Both the position numbers and the translations under genes were made by a program. A DNA stretch of 63,032 bases, counting the filler, from Gonapodya sp. JEL0774 (taxonomy: Eukaryota): assembly GCA_027604505.1 (NCBI GenBank). It is 17 parts of 17 records of this genome, joined end to end, with 100 filler letters (N's around TTAATTAATTAA, not from the genome) between each part and the next. Parts side by side here need not be neighbours in the genome. Positions count along the whole stretch, not along the records: positions 37,177 to 40,786 come from JADIIX010001223.1; positions 40,887 to 44,495 come from JADIIX010001224.1; positions 44,596 to 48,203 come from JADIIX010001225.1; positions 48,304 to 51,911 come from JADIIX010001226.1; 13 more parts are not named here. One strand, written 5' to 3'. Positions 39,168 to 51,830 of the stretch are shown piece after piece. The notes under the pieces are model-generated. The model made no database searches. It saw only the letters and a list, made by a program, of their open reading frames with translations, and was not told the origin of the DNA. The stretch's first letter is position 1. Every line of letters begins with the position of its first letter.

Positions 39168-40612
39168 CTATTCTTCATTTGGAACTATTCCCCACACGTC
39201 CCTCTGGTACTCCAAAACCTCTGCCTTCAATCTCTCCCTCTTCTCCTCCCCACCCTCATCAAACCCACCAATAGCTGGTCCCTCGACTAGGTCCCCCATA
39301 GGCTCTACATATCGCTCCTCCCATCGGTCGTCGCATTCCAACAAGAAATTGTGAAGAATGATACAAGTATCCGCCCATCTCAACAGAGACGCAAATATAT
39401 GGTCGGTGCAGAGATTGAATCGCAACGCCTGAAGGGATTGGAAGCGTCCTTTGATCTCACCGATCGTGTGCTCAATCTCAACCCTCTCCCGAGCAAGTAC
39501 ATAGTCCATCAGTGCGTTGTGTGGTTGCAATGATGCTGGCTTCTTGTGTGTAACCACTGTAATTTGCGAGGATGCAAATCCACTGTCCGCAAGAAGGTAC
39601 TCGTCACCATTGAAGTAGAGATGAGGGGTCTTAAAGAGTGAGGTTTCCTTGAAAGCTCGGTTATCATGGACAGAGGCTGGAAAACCAGCGAAAGTATGGA
39701 TCACACGGTGTGAAGGAAGTGCGGTAATCATCATATTGATTCCATACTCCTTCTTCCGGGACCAATACACCTCACCTGGAATCGAGATGTCATAAGACAT
39801 ACATAAGAGGAAAGAGAAATTCAAAGGTGGCTCACCGTCAATAGGTGGCTTCCACCCAAGCACAAGGGAAGTCCCGTCGACAAATCCAACACAGTCCTTG
39901 AATCCTGACCGGTATCTGATAGTTGCCTTGATTCGGAGCTTCTCCTCAGGAGTAGGCCAGTATATGTATTTGTCACGTTGCGAGAGGATAGCGGTGATAA
40001 CACGTTCTGAGTTTGACAGCAGACGATTTTCAATGTTAGTGTTGAAGTGAGAATCCGAAAACCTCGGCAGCCCACTAACACACCTTCGTATTTTTTTATT
40101 GACCCAACAGAGACTCCTGTGCTGTCCGATGAAATAAAAGCTCCGGCAGCGTTGCCATTATGACCAAGGCGGTAGAGTGTGACAGCCAGCTGGAGTGCAA
40201 CTGGTCGCTGGGGGTTGCGGGAATCATTGTGAAAAACTGGATGATTCTTGATAAGATTCACTAGAGCCCAGAAGTGGTCGTGATTCATACGAAAGTACTG
40301 GCGGAAGTAGCGAAAGGGGGGATTTTGTGTGACGAGCTCGAGGAAAGACTCCCACACTCGGCTACGCTGGATGACACCACGTTCGTCCCAGTACCGATGC
40401 TGAGAGATTTCAACATATGCAGTAGCAAGGTCCCGCATGAGCTTCTCTTCTTCTTCTTCGCTATCTTCCTGGTCAAGCTCTGAGATCCATCGGTCCAAGT
40501 CTTCGTCAGAATTGTCCACATCGGGCAACTCAAGCAGCGAAGGCAGGTATAAACCTACCAAAGCGTTCTCAAGTGCCCGAACCACTTCCGCTCTCTCAGA
40601 TTTGCGTGGCAT
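39168..40612 (-). CDS. Harbinger DDE transposase (DDE_Tnp_4/HARBI1-like); introns 40007-40083 and 39776-39835
   Basis: FRQYFRM, QLAVTLYRLG, CVGFVDGT, GFPASVHD, YLLADSGF, RVEIEHTIGEIKGRFQSL and CIILHNF; no stops after splicing. Confidence 0.92.
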
Positions 40613-40727
40613 CGCACACAGTGGTGGTTGTGTCGAACTTTGATAATGGTCGCATGAAACGCTGAACTTTGAAACCACCGCTGACTAAAATTACATTATC
40701 TCATGCATTATTTCGTATGTTCCAATA

Positions 40728-40782
40728 TTTAAGTCGCCGAGAATGTGCGTATTATAATTCGATTTCAGTCAACTTTGAAACC
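40728..40782 (-). repeat. Right terminal inverted repeat
   Basis: Exact reverse complement of 37177-37231. Confidence 0.95.
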
Positions 40783-40886
40783 CACTNNNNNNNNNNNNNN
40801 NNNNNNNNNNNNNNNNNNNNNNNNNNNNNNTTAATTAATTAANNNNNNNNNNNNNNNNNNNNNNNNNNNNNNNNNNNNNNNNNNNN

Positions 40887-42301
40887 AATGAAAATGAATT
40901 GCACGAACACGAAGAGTATCACCCAGGATGGTCCTGGCTTCTCAACGTACGGGTTCTCTCGCTGTACACGTCCATGTTGAGCATCGGACTCTCCCTATCA
41001 ACAATTGGAACTTTTGAGTGGCTGTATTTGATCGAGCGTGGAGGTGAGTCGAGCATCTTCGATTTGTTCCCTTCACTTGACTTACTCCAATCACACCAAA
41101 CTGATCGGCAGCTTCCACGTCCCTCCTCGGGTTTTCGTCCCTATTCTCCATCACTTTCGAAATACCCATGTTCTTCTTCTCGAAATCTATCATCTCAAAG
41201 ATTGGCACCACGTATTCTATCTTGCTCGCCCTCACAGCCCTCTCCCTCCGTTGTGCGCTTTACACGGCTCTGGACGAATCAAACGTCCAGCTAGTCGTGT
41301 TTGTGGAGCTCCTTCACGGTGTATGCTTCAGTACTGCGTGGTCGGCTGCCGTCAAGGTCGCCAGCCAGATTGCACCAAAAGGATGTGAAAGTCTCAGTCA
41401 GGGTATTCTCAACTGCATCTTCTCCGGTCTCGGTCCGGCGATTGGAATGCTCGGCGGAGGAGTGGTATACCGTGCGATTGGCCCGCACGCCATGTGGTGG
41501 TGTCTCGCTGCGATCAATCTCTTTGTTGCGCTCACGTTTTGGATAGTAAGCAGCTGGGAGGACTCCTGGAGACAGCGAGCCGCAGGGTTCTCCAAGTTGG
41601 AAGATGCACACGATACCAAGGAGATCCCCGTTCGCGAAAAAACGAAGATCGAAATGATTCAAAGACCGTCCATCAAGGCTGTTGCTCTGGACAGCGAGTT
41701 CTTCAAGGACGGGCCTGACCAATCCGTAGCTTCACTGTCCCTGCCCCCGCTTGCTCCACCCGGGACTCGAGGCGGAACCCGCCCTGCGACCCGAGCTGCT
41801 TCCCGAAACAGCATAAGCGGCTTGGTGACTCGTCCAACGCTGATGTCTCTCAAGTCCACACACCTCACGGTTTTGCTGAGCTCTCAGTCGTCACTTCACC
41901 ATCCACACAATCTGAACACAATGACACCAGCCGCAGAATCTCGCGGGAACCTTTTCGGTGGAGGAGATAGCAACAACAACTACGCTCCCTCGTCAAGCCC
42001 CACTCGCAGTCGCAGAGTACCACCGATGCAAGCTGTGCTGCAACCACTCCACAGTGTGACCGCCATCAGCTCTTCGAATTCTCTACCGCCTCAGCTTTCA
42101 ACGAGATCTTCCGTGGTATCGACGGGTCCCAGGACCGGGTCCATAGCGGAACTATCAAGGAGGTCCAGTTGGTCGCAAAAGAATTCGCCGTTGGCTGGTG
42201 GCGCTGGCGTCTCAGTTCCACCGAGGCTTCCATCGACTGCGCAAGTCCCCGCAGTGAACAACGAAGTCAATGAAAAGTCTTTAACGAAGGAAACAGATTA
42301 G
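40887..42301 (+). CDS. MFS transporter (MFSD6/MFS_1-like), 3' part with a long disordered tail
   Basis: EIPMFFFS...VELLHGVCFSTAWSAAV...QGILNCIFSGLGPAIGMLGGG. Confidence 0.85.
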
Positions 42302-42423
42302 GTATCGTAGAATCAAAATGAAGCAGATGGTTTGGAGTGATATCTCTTTTTATGCAACCTATGTACACAACAAATGAAGGTTATAGATGATTCAATCTGA
42401 GATAAAGTGATGCTAGAAAGTCT

Positions 42424-43201
42424 TCAGAAACAACATTGGCAGTCGAACGGACAATCGGGGGTATCTGCCATCAAAGGCCGATCAAACTAATCAGTGGCGG
42501 TCGGAATTCCCTCAAAGCGTCACGTTGCTTACCACCCCCTTTCCCGATATTTAATTCTTCTACTTGGAACAAGTTGAGCCCGTCTATTTTCGGACGGCCT
42601 TCACCGATATGATATGAAATGCACAACAAAGATCACACACGATTTGAAACAAAATGGTGGATCCTTGATGAAGAAACTCAGGCAACTCACCTGACTTCGT
42701 ACCCCTTAGATCACCAAAATCATCGTTTGCGCCAGCCGATGGCTTTGCGGGCTTTGGCTTTCGGCTCACCGCAATTGATGGGTCGCTTACAATCTCCACG
42801 TTCCTCGCCGGCTTCCTTGACGCAATTTTCGCTGGCTTCACGAAAGCGGCTTTTCCAGCTGTTATAGCTTCTGATGCTGGAGAACTGTCATCCGTAACTG
42901 TCCAAGCGCAAGCTGATCTTCTCGTTCTTTGAACTGCGGAATCATCCACCCTGGAAGGCTCTGCGCTGCGTCCAGCAGGCTCCTTCTCCACACCATCCTT
43001 TCGCTCTTTCTTTTTTGCTGTGGTTTTCTTCTTCCGTGAAGGCTCCCCCTCATCACCTCCGTCAGACATTGCAGCTTTCCTTTTCACTTTCTCCTGCCCC
43101 TTCGGGCCGGTGGACGTACTAGCTGGGACAGGTACCGAGTCTTTGATCTTGGGTTTTACTTTCGGTGCGAAAATCGCTTCGATATCTGATGATGGTGCCA
43201 T
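42424..43201 (-). CDS. DUF1764-family protein, multi-exon
   Basis: DIEAIF N-terminus, DDFGDLRG, and C-terminal EELNIGKG..DTPDCPFDCQCCF. Confidence 0.85.
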
Positions 43202-43643
43202 AAGATGCAAATCGAGTTGGATCATTCGATCTCCCATCTTTCCGACACCGTGCACGACCTGTGAACCACCATCGTTTGGCATTCCAGCCCAGGCATTGTA
43301 CTGGTAAGGAGTCAGGTTCTACAATAAAAGATCGCTTTCGTCAACCAAATGAATGGCACATCCTCGCTCTGGACTGGCTTTGTCCTCCCCAACCGGGTGA
43401 GGTCCTGGTTCTTTTCTTTCCTAGACGGGTCATCACAAGAGATGTTTGAAAATACGGAAGGATCCAACAATCGTCGCTCGCTCTGCTTTTTGTAATTTTG
43501 GGCTGTCTCGATAATATATGGCTGGCGAGTTGGGACTTGCCACCACCTCGAACGCCACACAGCGGCGAAAACGTGCAGCATCAGCATTCCCACGATTTTC
43601 TCGCCCGCCGCCCACGCAACTCCTCCCTCCCCCTCATCCATCC

Positions 43644-44495
43644 ATGGCAGCTCCCAAATTCAAGGCGCTGATTCTTGTCGGCGGGTTCGGCACCCGGCTG
43701 CGTCCCCTTACACTAACGAAACCGAAACCCCTCGTCGAGTTCGCCAACCGGCCGATTGTGGAACATCAGATTGAAGCGCTGGTCAAAGTGAGTAGGGTGG
43801 TCTGGGTGAGGGGGTTCTGGAGCGGAAACGGGGCAGAGAGTGGGTCCAGATGCCGGAGATGCTGTGACATTGGGGATCGGGTCTTGGAGCCTTGAGACCA
43901 TAACGTCGCTTGGAATGTTAACAAAACTCAGTTCCAATCATTCATGATTGATGCTGGGTGATGCTCGTGATGTCGAACCAGTTCATGGTCAACCTGCATC
44001 AGTACTAGTTTGATGAGCCAATTCTCGTCCTGCTCCGATCACACCCCGTTTTCATCCGCCTCTTGACTCCCTCTTTGTGTATTCGTCCAGGCTGGCGTAA
44101 CTGACATTGTCTTGGCCGTAAATGTGAGGAAACCATCCCCTGTCTTACATCGGATGTGGCATCGATGCTCAAGCAGGAACCCATTCATTGCCACAGTACC
44201 GACCTGAAGTCATGGCCAAGGCTATGCATGATTACGAGACTCGATATAACGTCAAAATCCATTTCTCTGTAGAGACGGAGCCTTTGGGTACTGCTGGTGC
44301 GTCCGCTGCTTTGTATTGCCCTGCTTTGCCCGGCCTTTGTCGACGATATCACCACGTCTCCCTCACCATCACAGGCCCCATTGCTCTCGCCCGGGAAGTT
44401 CTGGCCAGTGACTCCTCGCCCTTCTTTGTCCTCAACTCGGACGTCATCTGCGAGTTCCCGTTTTCAGAACTGGCTGCGTTCCACCTCTCACACGG
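43644..44495 (+). CDS. MPG1: Mannose-1-phosphate guanylyltransferase, 5' part
   Basis: [47 protein letters not shown] and [14 protein letters not shown]. Confidence 0.95.
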
Positions 44496-44595
44496 NNNNN
44501 NNNNNNNNNNNNNNNNNNNNNNNNNNNNNNNNNNNNNNNTTAATTAATTAANNNNNNNNNNNNNNNNNNNNNNNNNNNNNNNNNNNNNNNNNNNN

Positions 44596-46759
44596 GCGCT
44601 GACGGGTTTCCGAGACTCACCGAGTAGGACCCCTCCCTTGCCCCTGATGGGCATGAACTTATTCACCCAATTTACTGCAAACCCAGTCGCGCAAATAATC
44701 ATGTCGAGTTCACGCTCCTCTTCTTTTCCGTCGTCACGACGGATAACGATACCCTTTGGTGTGATGCGGAGGATTGGCTCGTTAATGTAGTGAGACGTAG
44801 GAAGCTGAATTGCCTTGTAGTAGTCGTTGGACCTGGGGCAGAGGAGGCAAATTTGGTGAGAATGGCTACGGTGAGAGCGTGCAACCCGTTCCGATTATAA
44901 TCACAAAATTGGCCGTCGGCAGCCCCAGCCATGGTCTGGGGTCATTTTCTGCCGCAGAACGGAATCTTTCACGGACGCGTTGAGGTACTTCTTAGCCACC
45001 TGCATCGTCCAAACAGCAGAGAGTGGACATTACATCAAGCACTGGTGTTTGCAGAATTGGAAACCACCCCAATATCATCACTAACACCCACATTCAACAA
45101 TGTCGCTTGGTACCTGTCGGCATCAGAGTGCCAGTTCGGCCTTGTCCACCATACCCATGTCTTTTCGCCACGGATCCACGCGTTTCGGTAGTTCTCGATG
45201 TGGGCGGTGGGGTCCAGCTGGCGGTCGCGGTCTTCGAGGGAGACGGCAAAATTCATACCGTAGGGTGCGACCCACTTCCGAGCGGTAATGTGGAGTGATT
45301 GCATCTGTGATTCCAAGAAGGACAGAAGAAGGATTCGTAGGAGGACTTACAGTTGGAGTTTTGCAGAAGTGGCTGCAAAAACAGAATCATAGGGAGGTAG
45401 ATTGAGCATTCTAGACTCAAGTACGAGTCGCTTCAAACATTACTCACTCCAAGCGATCCACTTTCGACCCTATCGCGGCAGCCACTTGAATACCGGTCGA
45501 GCCGTTACCAATCACACCCACGCGCTTTCCGTCCACAACGCAAGTTTTGTGATCCCACTGCGACGAATGAACGAGCTGCCCGCGGTAGGTGGAGATGCCA
45601 GGTATGGCAGGGAGTTTGGGGCGGCTGTCAAAGAGGTTAACAAAAGTGTGAGCGCGCCTATGACGATGCACAATGGTGATTTGACAAGGCGGCATACGTA
45701 CTTCAACAATCCTTGAGCGTTGATGAGCACATCACATTCCTCTTCAGTAACGGTCTTGTTCGCTCCTGCCCCACGCTCCACCTCGACGATCCATTTTCCC
45801 TTTCCTTCATCCCACGTATTGCCAACGACATTGGAGGAAAACTCGACGTGGTCGGCGACGCCGTACTTGTGGAAGATGTACTTGAAGTACTGGAAGATTT
45901 CATCTGAGTGATCCGGAGGGATTACATTAGAGTTGTGATCAAGGAAGCAGAAAATGAAAAGAACACGCGATTTAAACCCACCCCACTGAGCGTATCCCTC
46001 AGTCCAGTCAAAGGGCTCAAAGCGGAATGAGTACAACACCGACGGAACATCTAAGGCCCGAAAGCCAATATGTGTTTCTAGGCTTCTCCAATGGTAATGA
46101 CGGTCTGAAGACAACTTACCACATCGGCAGCCGGGATAGCGGTTCTCTGAAATGCATTAAAGTCGAGACAGATTTGCACGAAGCTAAGTTGATGCAAAAC
46201 CAGAAAGGATGATCCTTTTCCGCAGCTCACCAAACCATGTTCCGCCTGCCGGTGCGAGAATCACCGTCAAGTGATTTGTTATAGCCAGAGCATAGTAGAT
46301 CGGCAGGGAAAAATGCGAAAGTCTCACCAAACGAGGGGTTCTTTTCGAATATGCGTATGTTCGCATTCTGAAGTCGCCACCTGGACAACATCGAGATCAT
46401 CGTCCCACTAAGACCACCTCCGATAACAAAAACGTCCATCGGACGGGGCGAAACGCCTTCTGGGTACTTTGGAGGCGGAGAGAGTCCAAAGACTGGGCCG
46501 CATAGCGATGGGAGGTTTGGTACCGGCGAGGCAGGTGGAAATGGCCCAGTTCCAACGACGTAGACTCACTTTCACGATCCTTTTCATTTCCAAATGGGTC
46601 AGGGTGTGTTTTCGGTGAGACACTCCCAGTCAAAGATCGCCATTCCGCTTCAGTTTTGGGCAAGGTCCGAGGTTGTTCTCGGTCTGGCAATTCTGGAATA
46701 GAACGATCTGCGGGCTTCAACTGGAGCGAAAAGGCCTCAAGAGAGGTTGAGATGGACAT
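44596..46759 (-). CDS. Flavin-dependent monooxygenase (BVMO/FMO type), multi-exon, 3'-truncated
   Basis: [39 protein letters not shown] fingerprint, [17 protein letters not shown] and DMIICATGF. Confidence 0.9.
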
Positions 46760-47059
46760 GTTCCGCAAAGACTGGATTGTGTGCGGAAGAAGCTGCTGTC
46801 GGGGTTGTGTCGGGCCGGGTGGGAGTCATCGGCATCAGATTTTACCAGGAAACCCCAGAAGCAGCTTCTGATTCCGTTACACTAGATGTTGTGAAATACA
46901 CAGTATCTTGAGCATTAATTTTACCGTATCGTGGACAATGACCAGAGCCCTTGTTGCTCCGCCGTCTTTACATAATTCCGTCAGCATACACAAGGGACTG
47001 AATCATGATGCCCATGCCGCCCTCCGGGATGTTTTGATTCAAGCAATTCACACACCTCA

Positions 47060-47957
47060 CTAATACAGTCCCTGTGCATTTGCAATTTCAATGATGTGTT
47101 CGTCAGATATAGGACAATCAGGGAGTACACCCAAAGGATTGGGGGTGTAATGCTTCGAGTACCATACGCTCATTGGTCCCAAAAATAATCGGAAATACTG
47201 ACGGTACAATTGACCACCCGCAGCCGGACCTTGAACTGGGAGCGACTCGTAGGGAGTGCGATCTGTCAGCCAGTAGCTTGTCTCTGGTTTCATGATGACG
47301 GGTTTGCCGAGCAGATGCCCGTACCCGTTGACTCCACCAAGCGCATCAACAAGTGATGGGTTGAGTACCACGTTGGGGTAGACTTGAGAGGAGTTGGCAA
47401 TGTTTGTTCCGACAAAAGACACCCCGCAGATTCTTCTTAGTTAGCGAGTCTCTGAATCCTGCACGCCAATAGAGGAATTGAGGGTCGAAAAGTCGATTGG
47501 GATCGGCCAGCTCTGCAACGACAGAGTGCTCGGGTATTGTGGAACTCTCGATGTGTAGTCCCTGTCTGCGCTGCGACTGTCCGACAGGAACTTCGCTCTC
47601 GTGTATTGTCAAGTATCCTATTGACGCTGGTCTCTCTTCCACCGATGAACCTACACAACGTTGTATCAGATCCTTGTAGCGATGACAGCTACGGGGCAGT
47701 GTCCGTTCGATTCCTTCAAAGCCAAGCTCGATTGGCATCATATTGATGTTGATGAACGTAGGGGAGTGCGCGGGGAAGACACCCCAGATCTCTGGCTCCT
47801 GGATCGCGTTCGGGACGTGGGGGATGCAGGCTTGTCGCCAATTCAGCTCATTCCGAACCATGCGATTGAGGAAATGGCACGTTTGCAGGAGGGCATCCAA
47901 TACAGACTTGTCTGCGAGGCAGACGATAATTCCAAAGATGTCCTCGTTCAGCTTCAT
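47060..47957 (-). pseudogene. Intronless F-box-like plus putative 2OG/Fe(II)-dioxygenase-like gene with a +1 frameshift
   Basis: ORFs 47346..48077 and 47060..47422 join if one T of the T4 run at 47414-47417 is removed. Motifs ININMMP, GYLTIHES, SQRRQGLHIE, WLTDRTPYESLP, RQYFRL and NPLGV. Confidence 0.6.
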
Positions 47958-48303
47958 CGAGAGTCTCACTAAATGATTTGGAATTGGGGTTTTGAGAGAC
48001 ACTCCCTGCACCCTCATGGTCTGGGGTGCATCAAGCCCGTACTCCTCATCCACTCCCATGCCCCACCATGGCTCCAATATAAAACATCGCTCTGATGCCT
48101 TCCAGAACGCAGCGACTGAGTGACCTTCCGTGCGAGATTCTCCTTCGCATTGGAGACTTCCTTGAATTTCGACTCGGATTACCGTCAGGCGCGCTCAACA
48201 GTCNNNNNNNNNNNNNNNNNNNNNNNNNNNNNNNNNNNNNNNNNNNNTTAATTAATTAANNNNNNNNNNNNNNNNNNNNNNNNNNNNNNNNNNNNNNNNN
48301 NNN

Positions 48304-49130
48304 TGCACCCATGCATGGGTACATGTATTGGAGTATCCTTAGTCTAAATCTGAAGGAATTTTGTATTTTGAATGACTCCTGAGTTTGTCCCCTTAAGTAC
48401 GGACGTAACCCCATAGGACAGCCAAGGGAGAACCCTTTGGAAACAAGGCTGATACCAACACCCTTTGACGTTCTGAGGCCCTAGAGTGTGGTGAGTAGAT
48501 AAGTGAAAGAATACTTGAGGTTCAATCATTCCTGAGTTTGTCTCTGAAGGATGTACTCTGCCCCAAGGGGGAAAAAATCAAAAACACTCAAAGTACTCCG
48601 ATCCCTGCACACATGCATAGGGAAATGTGTTGTAACGTTACAAGCGCAAATTTGAAGTAATTTTGTATTTAGAATGACTCCTGAGTTTGTTCCCTTAATT
48701 ATGAACAGTTCCCAATAGGGCAGCAACAGGGAGAAGACTTAGGAACATGTCTGATATCTGCTCCCTTTGATGTTCTGATGACATAGAGTCTGCTGACTTG
48801 AAAACTGAATATACCTTGAGATTGGAGCACTCCTGTGTGTGTACCAAGTAGAGGTAAATGGGTGAAACCTAGCAAAAATTATCAGATCTCAGGAGCAATG
48901 TTTTGGCATGTGCTTTTGAGTATGCAGACTTCAAATATGAGGCACTTTTTGGGACTGAATCACTCTTGAGCTTGTCCTGTCAAGTACTAACAGTTTCCCA
49001 AAGGGTAGCCTGCAGGAGAAGACTGTGGAAACTTATTTGCTCCACACACCTTTGGATGGTTGATGACCTGGAGTGTCAGGAGACTAAATCTGAAACAAGT
49101 TTAAGATTACACTTTTCCTGAGTTTGTCTG
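48304..49130. repeat. Three diverged ~290-300-bp units with an internal ~150-bp period
   Basis: TCCTGAGTTTGT-like motif at 48377, 48530, 48679, 48831, 48964 and 49116. Confidence 0.8.
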
Positions 49131-49349
49131 TCAGTTGGAAACTAAGGAGAGAAGAATGTGGAAGTGTTTAGGTTCCCAGAATGAAGCATCCCCTTGCACT
49201 TCTTTTGTTGCACAGTTGATTCACATTCATGTACCCAAGGTAGTAATCATCATACTTCATTCATATCAAGTACTACAACTGCAGACTTTCATATATCTGA
49301 ATGATTACCATTTTTTTTGGAAAATTATCTCAGAGCCTCAACTAGCACT

Positions 49350-51830
49350 CTAATAACCATCTTCGTCATCCTCATCATTGTCATCTTCAGTATCTGTGGT
49401 ATGCCTTGGCCTCCTACCATGTTTTGCCCATTCCTCCCGCCTCCTTGCCATCTTCTCTTGTCTTTTTTTGCGAAGTTTTTCCCTCTGAGATGCCCACTTC
49501 TTGCTCCTTTCACTACTGTCTTCACGATGGGGTCTTCCAACCTTTCCTCTACTGTACTGCCCTGTTATCTCCAAGTGATGGACATTGTTGTCTGATGTAG
49601 AAACAAACAGTATTATGGACCTCACCACTCTATGCGTAAAAATTTAGAAAGTTACCAGATGATATATCCCCTGAAGCAGAGAACAGCCCTGTTCTTGAGG
49701 TTGTGCTGTTGGGTCCCATCTGCCCCAGAGATAGAAGTTCTCGGGGCCCAGCTGGCCTTCTGTTTAGCCTCCTCAGTGGTTCACCTTCTGCAATGACGAC
49801 AGCCTGCCAGGGACCTCTGACAGTGGATCCTGAAGTTACAGAACCGCACTGCAATTAGTCCTTGAAGCCACATAACTATTGGACAATCCTTTCCATCCTA
49901 CCTGTCTCGTTTTCCTGTAGAGTGTTGTCAGCTGCTGCTCCAGCTGAAGTGTTGAGAAAATCTTGCCTGTTTTCCATATGCTCAGCAATATACCGTCTTG
50001 TTATGAATTCAGTAAAACTTGTGTCCTCTGTAACATCCTGGGACCCAGATCCCCGACTGCCTCCAGAGTCTCTTCCTGAGAAATCTTCCACAACTTCATC
50101 CAGAATATTCATTGCCATGTGCCTTTCCCTCTCCTCAATTTCCTGGATCCTATTCTGAACCCTTGTGCTGAAAGACAGATTATCTGAACTGAAAGTTGTG
50201 CCTTCATCATCTGAGACTGATCGCATTTTGTCACCATCAGGCGCTTTGCCCTTTTTGTCTGGTCTGACCTTAAAGGAATCTGATGATCTGAATTCTCTGT
50301 TCTGTACTGCAGAATGGCCATGAACCACATTGCTTTCATTATTGTCCCTTTGGATGGAAGCCTGCCAATAAATTGACTGTGTCAATGCCTGGGTTGTCTT
50401 CGCTATAAAAATGAAACTGTACCAATGTGGTGACAGCACTGTCAATGTGTCTAAGCAGTGCCCTTAATTCTTCTTCAGTTTCGAGTTCATCTTCCCAGTA
50501 TGTAATTGTATACAATTGTTCAGGCTCATTTTGCCAGGGGTACAGCAGCTCAGGTGATAGTTCATTGATCTCTGCAAGATGCTCAGAAATTGCCTGTACA
50601 AGCTCTGGCCATGTTATATTAAGGTCTTTTTGTAAGATGGGGAGCAGAGACTGTATGTTGTAGTGTGGAGCCTGTACAGTTGGCTCAGATGATGTTACAG
50701 GACCCTATCCACATCAGATGAAGGAGCTCAGAATTTTGGATTACACTTTTGAAGGTTATAAATCCCAAACATACCTTGCTAGTTTGTGCTAACTGTTGAT
50801 TAAGCTCAGATTCTGGTATGCCCTGTTCCCAGCGTTCTCCCCTAGCCACGACTTGACGAGGTTCTGGAACACCAGAGCCCCTCTACCAGAGAAAATTCAG
50901 GGTGACATATGTTATTAATAGTTTCCCGCCACATATCTAAGCTCACCCCATAGTTAGAACCATGCACGGAACCAGGCAGCCTCCTGTATTCATCACCACC
51001 TTGCTGTGTAATCTGGTTCCTCTTCTTAGTTGTTGATGAGGCATCCACCCTTTGCCCCCTGGATTTTGAATTTCTCCTGGCTACCATCAAGTCTCTCTCC
51101 CTTGATGACATGAGTCTCCGCCTTGAGGTAGGGACCACCTGTAAAATGCTTAAGCATTTGGAAACTTCACCTGTATTAATGTAATCCAGACCTACAGCTC
51201 TGTTAGCCCTTTCAACCCTCTTGTTAACATATCTGTCGTCATCACTACTGGAAAATGGTTCATTGGGCTCCTGGAAAAACAAATGAACTCAGATACAATT
51301 CTCCATGATCCAGCAGCAGGTCAGGCGTACCCTATAAGCAGACACACCCTGCCTTCCTCTAGAATTGGCTCCTGGGTGATCATCTTCACTGCTCAAACTG
51401 GAGTCGCTGCTTGACTGCTTTGGTGGATTCTGTTGGAGTGACTATGCAGTACCTGCAAGTGTGACATGTGAACTGCATAACATACTCTTTCTGCTCCTCT
51501 GACTCCTCCTATTGCTGGAGCTATTACCCTGGGTCTCTTGAACAGCTGGGGAACATCATTCCAGTTGATAAAAAATCCGACAGCTCTGGTGATCCTCTTT
51601 GGTTTCTTCAAGCGCTGCCAGCGCTCTCCATTGTATTCCAAAGGTGCTGGTGGTGCTGGCAAAAGAGGAAGCTCGTTTCCAGGTGGTGCACGCAGCTGTA
51701 ATGTTCTTGTTATGATCAAAACTATAACCTCACCAAAATGAGATTCTCCTTGATCTTACCGGATAGTTGGGCCCATCCTCATTTACAACAGTAAGTTGTA
51801 TACCATATTGCCTCAACTTGAGCAATGTCA
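49350..51830 (-). CDS. Orphan multi-exon gene (about 10 exons), CpG-depleted, 5' end uncertain
   Basis: Exon segments bounded by GT-AG can be chained by eye (LRAPPGNELP...; LLPILQKDLNITWPELVQAISEHL...), ending in a basic/acidic tail. Confidence 0.5.

Larger units (their letters stand above)
37177..40782. mobile_element. PIF/Harbinger DNA transposon, apparently intact
   Basis: Perfect 55-bp TIRs enclosing convergent Myb/SANT-like and DDE transposase genes. Confidence 0.93.
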
